Shown in pieces: positions 9,215 to 18,481 of a stretch of 64,000 nt of DNA. Source of the stretch: Candidatus Omnitrophota bacterium (lineage in GTDB: Bacteria; Omnitrophota; Gorgyraeia; Zapsychrales; Zapsychraceae); the NCBI GenBank assembly GCA_016931055.1, contig JAFGFL010000091.1, forward strand, positions 42,108 through 106,107, read 5' to 3'. The position numbers were made by a program, and so were the translations under genes. Below the pieces are notes generated by a model. It was not told where the DNA came from. It ran no database searches and worked only from the letters and a program-made list of their open reading frames with translations. Positions within the stretch are counted from its first letter, which is position 1, and each line of letters begins with the position of its first letter.

Positions 9215-10213
9215 ATGGCACAGACTAAAGTGCTTGTCACAGGTGGGGCGGGATTTATCGGCAGTCATCTGGTTGATCGATTATTGGCCGGTGGATATTC
9301 GGTCACCGTTATTGATAATTTTTCCACCGGAAGGGCGCTGAATCTATCTCACTGCCAAAAAGACATCACGTTGATCGAGGCGGATATAACTGATTTTGGC
9401 AAGATTTCACCTCTCTTTAAAGGAATCGATTGCGTTTTTCATTTAGCGGCGCTGGCTGATATTGTGCCATCGATTGTTAATCCAAGAGCGTATTACTTAA
9501 CCAATGTTTTAGGAACGATGAATGTGTTGGAAGCGTCACGGCTGGCCGGCGTGAGAAAACTGGTCTACACGGCGTCATCCTCTTGTTACGGTATCCCGCC
9601 TGAAGGGTTTTATCCTACCCTTGAGACAGCGCCGATCAATCCCCAATATCCTTACGCGCTGACAAAGTATTTAGGGGAGGAAACGGCTTTACATTGGGGA
9701 CAGGTGTATGGCCTTCCGGCCATATCGTTGCGTTTGTTTAATGTGTATGGGCCGCGGTCAAGAACATCCGGGACTTATGGGGCTGTCTTTGGCGTGTTTC
9801 TGGCGCAGAAGTTGAAAGGGAAGCCGCTGACGGTCGTTGGGGACGGGAATCAGGTGAGGGATTTTGTTTATGTGACGGACGTCGCTGAGGCCTTTTTTTC
9901 GGCAGGTTTTTCGGATGTCCAAAGCGGGATTTTCAATGTAGGAACGGGGAATCCGCAAAGTGTTAATAAACTGGTCTCTCTTTTAGGAGGCGCGAAAGTC
10001 CATATTCCCAAGCGTCCTGGGGAACCGGATATGACATGGGCGAATATCCAAAGGATTAAATCCGAACTTGGGTGGGAGCCAAGGGTTTCGTTTGAAGAGG
10101 GTGTCGCCAAAATACTGGAACATATCGATTACTGGAGAGAGGCTCCGGTCTGGACACCGGAAAAAATTGAGGAAGCAACTAAAGACTGGTTTAGATATCT
10201 TGTAAGGAACTGA
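9215..10213 (+). CDS. NAD-dependent nucleotide-sugar epimerase/dehydratase (extended SDR)
   Basis: VLVTGGAGFIGSHLVDRLL; catalytic YALTKYLGE (YxxxK); about 330 aa. Confidence 0.8.
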   Translation: MAQTKVLVTGGAGFIGSHLVDRLLAGGYSVTVIDNFSTGRALNLSHCQKDITLIEADITDFGKISPLFKGIDCVFHLAALADIVPSIVNPRAYYLTNVLGTMNVLEASRLAGVRKLVYTASSSCYGIPPEGFYPTLETAPINPQYPYALTKYLGEETALHWGQVYGLPAISLRLFNVYGPRSRTSGTYGAVFGVFLAQKLKGKPLTVVGDGNQVRDFVYVTDVAEAFFSAGFSDVQSGIFNVGTGNPQSVNKLVSLLGGAKVHIPKRPGEPDMTWANIQRIKSELGWEPRVSFEEGVAKILEHIDYWREAPVWTPEKIEEATKDWFRYLVRN

Positions 10214-10215
10214 TC

Positions 10216-11748
10216 ATGAATTCGAAAATCGCGAAGAAAATACAAACACCCGGGGTCTTGACCAAAATAGTCGCGGACCTTAAGAAAAAAGGGAAAAAAA
10301 TCGTTCAATGCCACGGTGTATTTGACATTGTTCATCTGGGCCATATTCGCCATTTTAATTTGGCAAAGAAAGAAGGAGATGTTCTGTTGGTGACATTGAC
10401 AAGGGACAAAGATGTTAAACGGGGTCCCGGGCGCCCGATCTTTAATGAAAACATGAGGGCGGAAACATTGGCTTCATTGGACGTGACGGATTATGTGAGC
10501 ATTATTGACGCGCCGACGGCGACTGATTTTATCAGGAAAGTCAAGCCGGATGTGTATGTCAAGGGGATGGAGTATAAACAGAAAGAGAAAGATTTAACGG
10601 GCAAGATTTATGAAGAAGAAGAGGCTATTCAATCGGTCGGCGGGCGCATCGCATTCACGGACGATATCACGTTTAGTTCATCAAACATTATTAACAGCTA
10701 TCTGGATACTTTTCCGCCAAGAACCGTGAAATATCTTAAGGCCATTTCCAAAAGGTATTCCATTGACCATATTATCGATTCAGTCAATGCGCTGCAAAAA
10801 CTGAAGGTCATTGTGATCGGAGACGCGATCGTTGATGAATATCATTATTGTACGACAATGGGAAAATCTTCGAAGGCTGAAATAGTGGTCAATAAGTATG
10901 AATCGGAGGAAATGTTCGCGGGGGGCGCTTTAGCCACGGCTAATAATGTGGGGAGTGTTTGCGGAGGCGTTGATCTGGTCACGATTTTGGGGAACAATCC
11001 TTCTCATGAGGACTTTGTCCGTCGGAGACTTAATTCAAACGTTAAACCTGCTTTCTTTTACCGGCCGGGAACAGGAACAACGGTGAAACGTCGGTTTGTC
11101 AGCAGTGTGTTTAACAGGAAGTTGTTTGAAATTTGTTATATGAATGACAGTGATATTTCACGGGAAGAGGAAGCCGAGATTGTTCAGAAGCTGAAGGAAA
11201 TGATCCATAGATATGATCTGGTCGTGGTCTCGGATTTTGGGCACGGGTTATTAACCCGGCGTATCATTGATCTGATTTGCAAGAAAGCCAAATATCTGGC
11301 CATCAATGTTCAGACAAACAGCGCGAATGCCGGATTTAATTTGGTTACCAAATATCCCAGGGCCAATTGTGTTTGTATCGATGAGATGGAACTGCGTTTT
11401 GCCGCCCATGACAAATTCGGTGATGTCCGGACGCTTTCCAAAAAGATATATAACCAGATTGGTTGCGATCATATCATTGCGACGAGAGGGAACTATGGTT
11501 CGATCTGTTATTCAAAAGAACATGGCTATCATGAGACCCCCGCCTTTTCAAGCAACGTGGTGGATGCCATTGGCGCGGGTGACGCGTTTTTTGCCTATAT
11601 TGCGCCCTGTTTTGCCTCGGGCATGCCGCAGGATATGGTTTCGTTTGTCGGCAACGCGGTCGGTTCGTTGGCTGTGCAGATCGTCTGCAACCGGGAACCG
11701 GTGAATTTGGTGGACTTGACAAAGTTTATGACACGATTACTTAAATAA
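10216..11748 (+). CDS. hldE: bifunctional heptose 1-phosphate nucleotidyltransferase / heptose 7-phosphate kinase (HldE/RfaE-like, domain order reversed)
   Basis: N-terminal cytidylyltransferase-like domain CHGVFDIVHLGHIRH (HxGH) with RGPGRPIFNENMR; C-terminal PfkB kinase domain with VIVIGDAIVDEY and VVDAIGAGDAFFA. Confidence 0.75.
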   Translation: MNSKIAKKIQTPGVLTKIVADLKKKGKKIVQCHGVFDIVHLGHIRHFNLAKKEGDVLLVTLTRDKDVKRGPGRPIFNENMRAETLASLDVTDYVSIIDAPTATDFIRKVKPDVYVKGMEYKQKEKDLTGKIYEEEEAIQSVGGRIAFTDDITFSSSNIINSYLDTFPPRTVKYLKAISKRYSIDHIIDSVNALQKLKVIVIGDAIVDEYHYCTTMGKSSKAEIVVNKYESEEMFAGGALATANNVGSVCGGVDLVTILGNNPSHEDFVRRRLNSNVKPAFFYRPGTGTTVKRRFVSSVFNRKLFEICYMNDSDISREEEAEIVQKLKEMIHRYDLVVVSDFGHGLLTRRIIDLICKKAKYLAINVQTNSANAGFNLVTKYPRANCVCIDEMELRFAAHDKFGDVRTLSKKIYNQIGCDHIIATRGNYGSICYSKEHGYHETPAFSSNVVDAIGAGDAFFAYIAPCFASGMPQDMVSFVGNAVGSLAVQIVCNREPVNLVDLTKFMTRLLK

Positions 11749-11758
11749 GGGAGGAAGT

Positions 11759-12775
11759 TTGATGAATCAGTTGAAAACGGTTTTGGTGACGGGCGGAGCA
11801 GGATATGTCGGCGCAGTTCTTGTTCCTAAATTATTAGATCAGGGATACCGGATCAAAGTGCTTGACCTTTATACATATGGAGAAGATGTTTTTGACGGCG
11901 TAAAAGATAAATCCAAATTAGAAGAGATCAAGGGGGATATTTGTGATCAATCCTTGCTGAAGAAGTCACTCCAGGGGTGGGACGCGGTTATCCATTTGGC
12001 CTGTATTTCCAATGATCCGTCTTTTGAACTTGACCCTGAGTTGAGCCGAAGGGTGAATTATGAGTGTTTTGAACCGTTGGTGAAGATCAGTAAGGAAGTT
12101 GGTGTCAAAAGATTCATTTATGCTTCTACCTGCAGCGTTTACGGGGTCAGCGACGCCGAGAACGTGACTGAAGACCATCCGCTACTGCCCATTACGGATT
12201 ATAACAAGTACAAGGGATTATGTGAACCCATATTGGCGAGGTATCAATCACCGGGATTTACTACCGTTACGATCCGGCCAGCGACGATTTGCGGATATTC
12301 CCCGCGGCAAAGATTTGATCTGACGGTCAATATTTTGACGAACCATGCGTACAACAAAAATCACATAACGGTATACGGGGGAAAACAGGAACGTCCGAAT
12401 ATCCATATTGATGACATTACTGATCTCTACGTCATGCTTTTGAAGCTTCCGGATGAACAAATCGCGGGAAAAATATACAATGCGGGTTATCAAAACCGGA
12501 CAGTATCAGATATCGCAGAAATAGTCGCGAATGTGATGGCTGAAGAATTCCCGGCAAGGGATCGAGCGACCATATCGACAACGCCGTCTGACGACAATCG
12601 ATCCTATCGGATTTCATCGGAAAAAATCAAAAAAGAACTGGGATTTGTCCCTCAGCATACCATTGAGGATAGTGTGAGGGATCTGATCAGGGCTTTCGAA
12701 GCAGGCAAATTCAAGGATCCCCTTAATAATATCCGTTATTACAATATCAAAATGCTGAAGGCGGTGAAGGTATGA
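11759..12775 (+). CDS. NAD-dependent nucleotide-sugar epimerase/dehydratase (extended SDR)
   Basis: VLVTGGAGYVGAVLVPKLL; YNKYKGLCE (YxxxK); RBS GGGAGGAAG upstream. Confidence 0.8.
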   Translation: MMNQLKTVLVTGGAGYVGAVLVPKLLDQGYRIKVLDLYTYGEDVFDGVKDKSKLEEIKGDICDQSLLKKSLQGWDAVIHLACISNDPSFELDPELSRRVNYECFEPLVKISKEVGVKRFIYASTCSVYGVSDAENVTEDHPLLPITDYNKYKGLCEPILARYQSPGFTTVTIRPATICGYSPRQRFDLTVNILTNHAYNKNHITVYGGKQERPNIHIDDITDLYVMLLKLPDEQIAGKIYNAGYQNRTVSDIAEIVANVMAEEFPARDRATISTTPSDDNRSYRISSEKIKKELGFVPQHTIEDSVRDLIRAFEAGKFKDPLNNIRYYNIKMLKAVKV

Positions 12776-13902
12776 CGTCCTGCGTGATGAGTGTTCCTTA
12801 TGTCGATCTGGCGCAGCAGCACGCGGCCATCAAAAATGAGTTGATGGATGCGATGGGGCATGTCCTTGACGGCGGTAAGTTTGTGCTTGGATCGGAAGTT
12901 CATGAGTTTGAAGAAAAGTTTGCCCAATTATGCGGTGTCCGTTTCGCGTTGGGACTCAATTCCGGGACAGACGCTCTTATCCTTGCGCTTAAGTCGTTGA
13001 ATATCGGAGCGGGAGATGAAGTCATCGCCGTTGCGAATTCATTTGTTTCTTCGGTCAGTTGCATCATGGCGGTGGGGGCGCGCCCTGTTTTTGTCGATGT
13101 CAACGCGGAATCCAATATGGATCCGCGGCTGATCGAACAGGCGATCACGCCCAAGACGAAGGCGGTTCTTCCCGTTCACTGGACGGGTCGGCCCGCGGAT
13201 ATGACGGCGATCATGTCTATCGCCAAGAAGCATCATTTGGCTGTCATTGAGGACTGCGCTCAGGCGGTTTGCGCTGAGCATCAAGGCCAGAAAGTTGGAT
13301 CATTTGGTCATGCCGGATGTTTCAGTCTTCATCCGCTAAAGACATTGAATGCTTGCGGCGATGGAGGCGTGTTGACGACAAATGATCCAGACATTTATGA
13401 GAAAGTGCGGATCCTCAGAGACAACGGGTTCCGGACGCGTGAAGAGTGCGTCATGTGGAGCAATAATTCCAGGCTGGATACCATCCAGGCCGCTATTTTG
13501 ATGGTTAAATTCAAGTATCTTGACGGCTGGACCGAGAAGCGAAGAGAAAACGCGCGATTCTATCAGGATCATCTTTCCGATTTGTCCGAGGTCCAGACGC
13601 CGGTTGATGAAGCCGGCACCAGGGCTGTTTATCATACTTTTGTCATTCAAGCGGATGTTCGGGACCGTTTGAAAGCTTATCTGGAAGAAAAAAGTGTTGG
13701 CACAAAAATCCATTATCCTGTTCCGCTTCATCTGCAGCCGTTTGCCAGAGGTTTAGGATACAAACGAAACAGTCTTCCGGTCACGGAGAAACAAGCGGGG
13801 CGGATTCTGAGTCTGCCGGTTTATCCTGAATTGGGAAAAGACGGGTTGAGTTATGTGGCCCAATGTATTCATGAATTTTATCGTATGAAAGGAAAGAAAT
13901 GA
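12772..13902 (+). CDS. DegT/DnrJ/EryC1/StrS-family PLP-dependent sugar aminotransferase
   Basis: NSGTDALILAL, GDEVI, FSLHPLKTLNACGDGG (PLP lysine); about 375 aa. Confidence 0.85.
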   Translation: MTSCVMSVPYVDLAQQHAAIKNELMDAMGHVLDGGKFVLGSEVHEFEEKFAQLCGVRFALGLNSGTDALILALKSLNIGAGDEVIAVANSFVSSVSCIMAVGARPVFVDVNAESNMDPRLIEQAITPKTKAVLPVHWTGRPADMTAIMSIAKKHHLAVIEDCAQAVCAEHQGQKVGSFGHAGCFSLHPLKTLNACGDGGVLTTNDPDIYEKVRILRDNGFRTREECVMWSNNSRLDTIQAAILMVKFKYLDGWTEKRRENARFYQDHLSDLSEVQTPVDEAGTRAVYHTFVIQADVRDRLKAYLEEKSVGTKIHYPVPLHLQPFARGLGYKRNSLPVTEKQAGRILSLPVYPELGKDGLSYVAQCIHEFYRMKGKK

Positions 13903-15047
13903 AGGTCCCTTATTCTTATTTAGACCGTCAGTTCGCGGATATTGACGCTTACTTGGAAGACATCAGGGCGCTTGTTGAAAGCGGGGATTTTACGTTGGGC
14001 AAGCCTGTTGATGAATTTGAAAAAAGCTTTGCCCGGTTGTGCGGTTTGCCGTACGCGATCGGGGTTGGATCAGGAACGGATGCACTGATCTTGTCTTTAA
14101 AAATTTTGGGAATAGGCCCCGGAGATGAGGTGATTACGACACCAAATACCTTTATCTCGACAGTTGGCGCTATCGTTATGGTGGGCGCGCGTCCGGTTTT
14201 TGTTGATAATAATGAAGAATATACGATTGATGCCGCGAAGATTGAGAAGGTGATCACCAAAAAGACAAAAGCGATCCTTCCGGTCCATCTGACGGGTTGC
14301 CCGGCCGATATGCCGACGATCATGAAAATCGCCCATCGGCACAAAGTATTGGTTGTTGAAGACGCGGCTCAGGCCATTCTTGCCTCGATCGATGGGAAAC
14401 ACATGGGTTCTTGGGGGGAAACAGCTTGCTTCAGTCTGCATCCGCTGAAGAATTTGAATGTCTGGGGCGATGGGGGCGTCATTGTGACCCGCTCGGCGCA
14501 GTTGTGCCGGAAGCTGAAACTTTTCCGGGACCACGGCATGGTGACGCGTGATGAAATTGAGATGTTCAGTCACAACAGCCGTCTGGATTCCATTCAGGCG
14601 GTTGTAGGCAACCGTTTGATTGGCGAAGTGCATTCCATCACGGATAAACGCATCGCTAACGCGCGGCGATTTGATGATGCTTTTAAAGGTTTGGACGATT
14701 ATATCAAGGTCCCGCCGAGAAGGGTGAATGTCAAACGGGTTTATCATACTTATGTGCTTCGGGTTAAGGATCGGGATAAATTATTGGCGCATTTGATTGA
14801 GAAGGGGATCAGGGCGAAAATTCATTATCCCATTCCTGTTCATTTGCAGAAAGCGGCCAAATATCTGGGATATAAACGGGGCGATTTTCCTGTTTGTGAA
14901 CAGGACGCGAGAACGATTTTGACCTTACCGGTCCATCAGCATCTAACGTCCGGCGAAATGGAATACATGATTGATTGCGTGAAAGGCTTTTATGCGGGAC
15001 GGAAAATCAAAGGAGTCAAGAAGCATGCGGCATGTTGTCGGGGTTGA
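13899..15047 (+). CDS. DegT/DnrJ/EryC1/StrS-family PLP-dependent sugar aminotransferase (tandem paralog)
   Basis: GSGTDALILSL, GDEVITTPNTF, FSLHPLKNLNVWGDGG; 4-bp overlap with the upstream DegT. Confidence 0.85.
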   Translation: MKVPYSYLDRQFADIDAYLEDIRALVESGDFTLGKPVDEFEKSFARLCGLPYAIGVGSGTDALILSLKILGIGPGDEVITTPNTFISTVGAIVMVGARPVFVDNNEEYTIDAAKIEKVITKKTKAILPVHLTGCPADMPTIMKIAHRHKVLVVEDAAQAILASIDGKHMGSWGETACFSLHPLKNLNVWGDGGVIVTRSAQLCRKLKLFRDHGMVTRDEIEMFSHNSRLDSIQAVVGNRLIGEVHSITDKRIANARRFDDAFKGLDDYIKVPPRRVNVKRVYHTYVLRVKDRDKLLAHLIEKGIRAKIHYPIPVHLQKAAKYLGYKRGDFPVCEQDARTILTLPVHQHLTSGEMEYMIDCVKGFYAGRKIKGVKKHAACCRG

Positions 15048-15654
15048 TTTTGATAATACCATCGTGAATTATGACAAGGTGATGTATCAAACGGCTGTCC
15101 GGTTCGGTTGGGTTGATGATTCAGTGAGGAAAAACAAGAAAGATGTTCGTGACCGGATCAGATTGTTGCCGCAGGGTGAAATAAAGTGGCGAAAATTGCA
15201 GGCTACTGTTTACGGGCAGGCCATGAGGGGCGCGATCATGAACATAGGGGTGAAGGAGTTCTTTCGGTCTTGTCGGATGAAAAGGATACCGACGTATATT
15301 ATCAGCCATAAGACCAAGTACGCGGCCGAAGATGAACAGAAAATTGATCTCAGGAAGGTGGCGTTGGATTGGATGGAGGAACAGGGGTTCTTTGGCCAAA
15401 AAGAAATGGGGCTTGCCCGAGATCAAGTGTATTTTGAATCGACACGGCAAAAAAAGATCGAACGGATCCGGAAAATGGGATGCACTTGTTTTGTTGATGA
15501 TCTTCAGGAGACTTTTTTGGAACCGTCGTTTCCAGGAGGCGTGGAAAAAATATTATTTTCGAAAAATGCCGCCAGCTGTTTGCCGAAAGAAATAAAAATA
15601 ATCGGTAGTTGGAAGGAAATCAGTGACTATCTCTTTAACACAAACAACGCATAA
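15025..15654 (+). CDS. HAD-superfamily hydrolase (putative sugar-phosphate phosphatase, GmhB/KdsC-like role)
   Basis: VGVDFDNTIV (DxDxT motif I); FVDD near the C-terminus; AAAGGAG RBS 8 nt upstream of the ATG at 15025. Confidence 0.5.
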   Translation: MRHVVGVDFDNTIVNYDKVMYQTAVRFGWVDDSVRKNKKDVRDRIRLLPQGEIKWRKLQATVYGQAMRGAIMNIGVKEFFRSCRMKRIPTYIISHKTKYAAEDEQKIDLRKVALDWMEEQGFFGQKEMGLARDQVYFESTRQKKIERIRKMGCTCFVDDLQETFLEPSFPGGVEKILFSKNAASCLPKEIKIIGSWKEISDYLFNTNNA

Positions 15655-16705
15655 AACGCCTGAAGAGGTATGCGCGATCACGTCAAAGATCTTGTTGAAC
15701 CCGATTGTACGGGCTGAACAGCTGGGGGGCGGGGCCAATAGCAGGGTTTTTCGATTGATCTCACATGAAAAAGCGTCCTATATCGTGAAGTTTTACTTTT
15801 CCCAAGGACTTGATACGCGGGATCGCATGGGCGTTGAATTCTCCGGTTTGTCGTTCTTAAGGCAATACGGGATAACCTGTGTTCCGCGGCCGATCACTTT
15901 TTCTCGAGAAGAACAGTGCGCCATTTATGAATTTATGGAAGGGAAAAAGATCCGGTCGGGGGAGATCACGCAAAAGGATATGGATGAAGCGGTTGATTTC
16001 TTGAGAGACCTAAAAGAACTGGGAAAACTTGATCAGAGCCGTGATCTTTCATCCGCGTCCGAATCTTGTTTTTCCATCCGATCAGTGGTTGAAAATATCC
16101 AGTTGAGAATGGAGAGATTGCATCAAGTCAATGGAAAAACGGAAGAGGACCGGCAAATGCGGATTTTCCTGGCGGATGAGTTCAGGCCGTTTTTGGATAC
16201 TGTTCAGGGATGGTGCCGGGAAAATGCGGCGAAGGCCCATATCTCATTTGATGAAGAAATTGGCCTGGAAGAGAGGACTTTGAGCCCATCGGATTTCGGA
16301 TTTCATAATGCTCTGCGGACAAACGAAGGACGCATCACGTTTCTTGATTTTGAATATTTTGGATGGGACGACCCGGCGAAAATGATTTCTGACTTTTTAT
16401 TTCATCCGGCGATGGAGATGAGCGGTCTATTGAAAAAATATTTTGTCCGCCGGATGGAAGAGGCTTTCCATGACAATGCAAAATTAATGAAGAGGGTCGT
16501 GTTGGTTTATCCGTTGTTCGGCTTGAAGTGGTGCCTCATTTTCTTAAATGAGTTTATTCCGGATGAGTTGGTCAAGCGTCACCATGCGTCTCTTGACACG
16601 TTAGACAGGCAAAAACTGCAGAGAAAACAATTGGATAAAGCCAAAACAATGCTTCAGAAGATAAAAGAAACTTACAAAATATTTCCATACAGGGATTTTA
16701 AATAG
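15623..16705 (+). CDS. aminoglycoside-phosphotransferase / choline-kinase-fold kinase (putative anomeric sugar kinase)
   Basis: GGGANSRVFRL...YIVKFY (nucleotide-binding lysine region); FGFHNALRTNEGRITFLDFEYFGWDDPAKMISDF (catalytic HxDxxxxN / DFE motifs); GTG start with GGAAGGA RBS. Confidence 0.55.
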   Translation: MTISLTQTTHKTPEEVCAITSKILLNPIVRAEQLGGGANSRVFRLISHEKASYIVKFYFSQGLDTRDRMGVEFSGLSFLRQYGITCVPRPITFSREEQCAIYEFMEGKKIRSGEITQKDMDEAVDFLRDLKELGKLDQSRDLSSASESCFSIRSVVENIQLRMERLHQVNGKTEEDRQMRIFLADEFRPFLDTVQGWCRENAAKAHISFDEEIGLEERTLSPSDFGFHNALRTNEGRITFLDFEYFGWDDPAKMISDFLFHPAMEMSGLLKKYFVRRMEEAFHDNAKLMKRVVLVYPLFGLKWCLIFLNEFIPDELVKRHHASLDTLDRQKLQRKQLDKAKTMLQKIKETYKIFPYRDFK

Positions 16706-16707
16706 AT

Positions 16708-17520
16708 ATGAATAATTCAGTTTTGGATGAACGATCGCGTTTTTTAAGGAGAAGAATTGTTGATGTGCTCAAAGAGGCCAAGCGGGGGCATGTGGGGGCC
16801 GCGCTGTCTTTGGTCGAAATATTCCGGGTCCTTTACGATGATGTCTTGCGATATGATCCGAAGAATCCCCGATGGAAGGACCGGGACCGATGTATTTTGA
16901 GTAAGGGGCACGGGTGTCTCGCGCTTTACGCGATTTTGGCGGATAAGGGATTTTTTCCTAGAGAAGAATTGGCCAAATTTTGTCAACCGGACGGGATTCT
17001 CGGAGGGCATCCTGAGATCAAGGTGCCTGGGGTTGAGACATCGTCAGGAAGCTTGGGGCACGGGCTTTCCATCGGGTTGGGTATGGCGCTCAATGCCCGT
17101 TATGAAAAAGCCGATTACCGTGTTTTTGTCGTTATGGGCGACGGGGAATGCAATGAAGGCTCCGTTTGGGAAGCGGCTTTGTCGGCAGGAAAACATAAGC
17201 TGAGTAACCTGACGGCGATCATTGATTACAATAAAATGCAGTCGTACGCGACGACCGCGGAGGTGCAGAATCTTGAACCGTTTGCGGACAAATGGAGGGC
17301 ATTTAATTTTGCCGTCCGGGAAGTCGATGGCCATGATGTTTCGGTGTTGCGCCAGGCATTGAAGAACATTCCGATTGAAAACGGCAAACCGTCAGTCATT
17401 ATTTGCCATACCGTTAAGGGGAAAGGTTTTTCCGGTACGGAATGTAATTTGAAGTGGCACCACAAGAACAAGATCAGCGATGAAGAAATTGATCAGATGT
17501 ATGGGGAGTTGGCTCGATAA
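16708..17520 (+). CDS. transketolase, N-terminal (TPP-binding) subunit of a split transketolase
   Basis: SKGHGCLALYAIL, SSGSLGHGLSIGLGMA, VVMGDGECNEGSVWEA (GDG..xxN TPP motif). Confidence 0.85.
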   Translation: MNNSVLDERSRFLRRRIVDVLKEAKRGHVGAALSLVEIFRVLYDDVLRYDPKNPRWKDRDRCILSKGHGCLALYAILADKGFFPREELAKFCQPDGILGGHPEIKVPGVETSSGSLGHGLSIGLGMALNARYEKADYRVFVVMGDGECNEGSVWEAALSAGKHKLSNLTAIIDYNKMQSYATTAEVQNLEPFADKWRAFNFAVREVDGHDVSVLRQALKNIPIENGKPSVIICHTVKGKGFSGTECNLKWHHKNKISDEEIDQMYGELAR

Positions 17521-18473
17521 TGCGTAAGACTTGTCTAGAAATAGTTTATGAACTTGCCAAAAAGGATAAGCGTGTTTTCTTTATAGGTTCCGACCTTGGT
17601 GAAGGAACTTTGGATAAATATAAGAAAGAAATGCCGGACCGGTTTTTCATGGAAGGGATTAGCGAAGCCAATATTATCGGGATGGCGGCGGGACTGGCCA
17701 TGGAAGGGAAAATACCCTATATAAACACGATCGCGACATTTCTCACCCGGCGCTGTTTTGAGCAGGTGGTCGTTGATCTTGGACTCCATAATCTAAATGT
17801 CCGTCTCTTGGGAAATGGGGGAGGGCTTGTTTACGCGCCTTTAGGGCCGACGCATGAAGCGACGGATGATATCGCGATTATGCGAACAATCCCCCACATG
17901 ACCGTTGTGGCTCCAGCTGATGCTGATGAAATGCGGCGTGTCGTGAACCAAACGATTGATTATCAGGGACCGGTGTATATCCGTATTGCCAAAGGATTTG
18001 ATCCGATTGTAACAAGGGAAGAAGTTCCTTTTAAGATCGGCAAAGCTATTCTCATGAAGGAGGGCGCGGATGCGTTGGTGATAACGACAGGTATAACTTT
18101 GAAGATCGGATTAGATGCGGCAGCGCAATTGAAGAAAGAAGGATTACATATTTCAGTCCTTCATGTGCCGACAGTAAAACCGTTGGATGAGGAACAAATC
18201 CTGGCTAGTGCCAAAAAAGTCCCGGTGATTGTGACCATCGAGGAACATACCGTTATCGGGGGCCTGGGAAGCGCCGTGGCGGAAACAATAGCCGAAGCGG
18301 ATATGTTGTCGTTCAAACGTTTCCGCAGGATTGGGATTCCCGATGTTTTTCCAGACCAATATGGGTCGCAAGCGAGTTTGATGGAGTATTTTGGTATTAC
18401 GGCGGAAAAAACTGCTTTGTTAATCGGAGAGTTGGTTCAGATGAAGGGCAAGGGAGTTGAGATCGTCCAGTAA
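17520..18473 (+). CDS. transketolase, C-terminal (pyrimidine-binding) subunit
   Basis: FFMEGISEANIIGMAAGLAMEGKIPY; C-terminal transketolase_C region; start overlaps the upstream stop (ATAATG). Confidence 0.85.
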   Translation: MRKTCLEIVYELAKKDKRVFFIGSDLGEGTLDKYKKEMPDRFFMEGISEANIIGMAAGLAMEGKIPYINTIATFLTRRCFEQVVVDLGLHNLNVRLLGNGGGLVYAPLGPTHEATDDIAIMRTIPHMTVVAPADADEMRRVVNQTIDYQGPVYIRIAKGFDPIVTREEVPFKIGKAILMKEGADALVITTGITLKIGLDAAAQLKKEGLHISVLHVPTVKPLDEEQILASAKKVPVIVTIEEHTVIGGLGSAVAETIAEADMLSFKRFRRIGIPDVFPDQYGSQASLMEYFGITAEKTALLIGELVQMKGKGVEIVQ

Positions 18474-18481
18474 GTTCGGTC

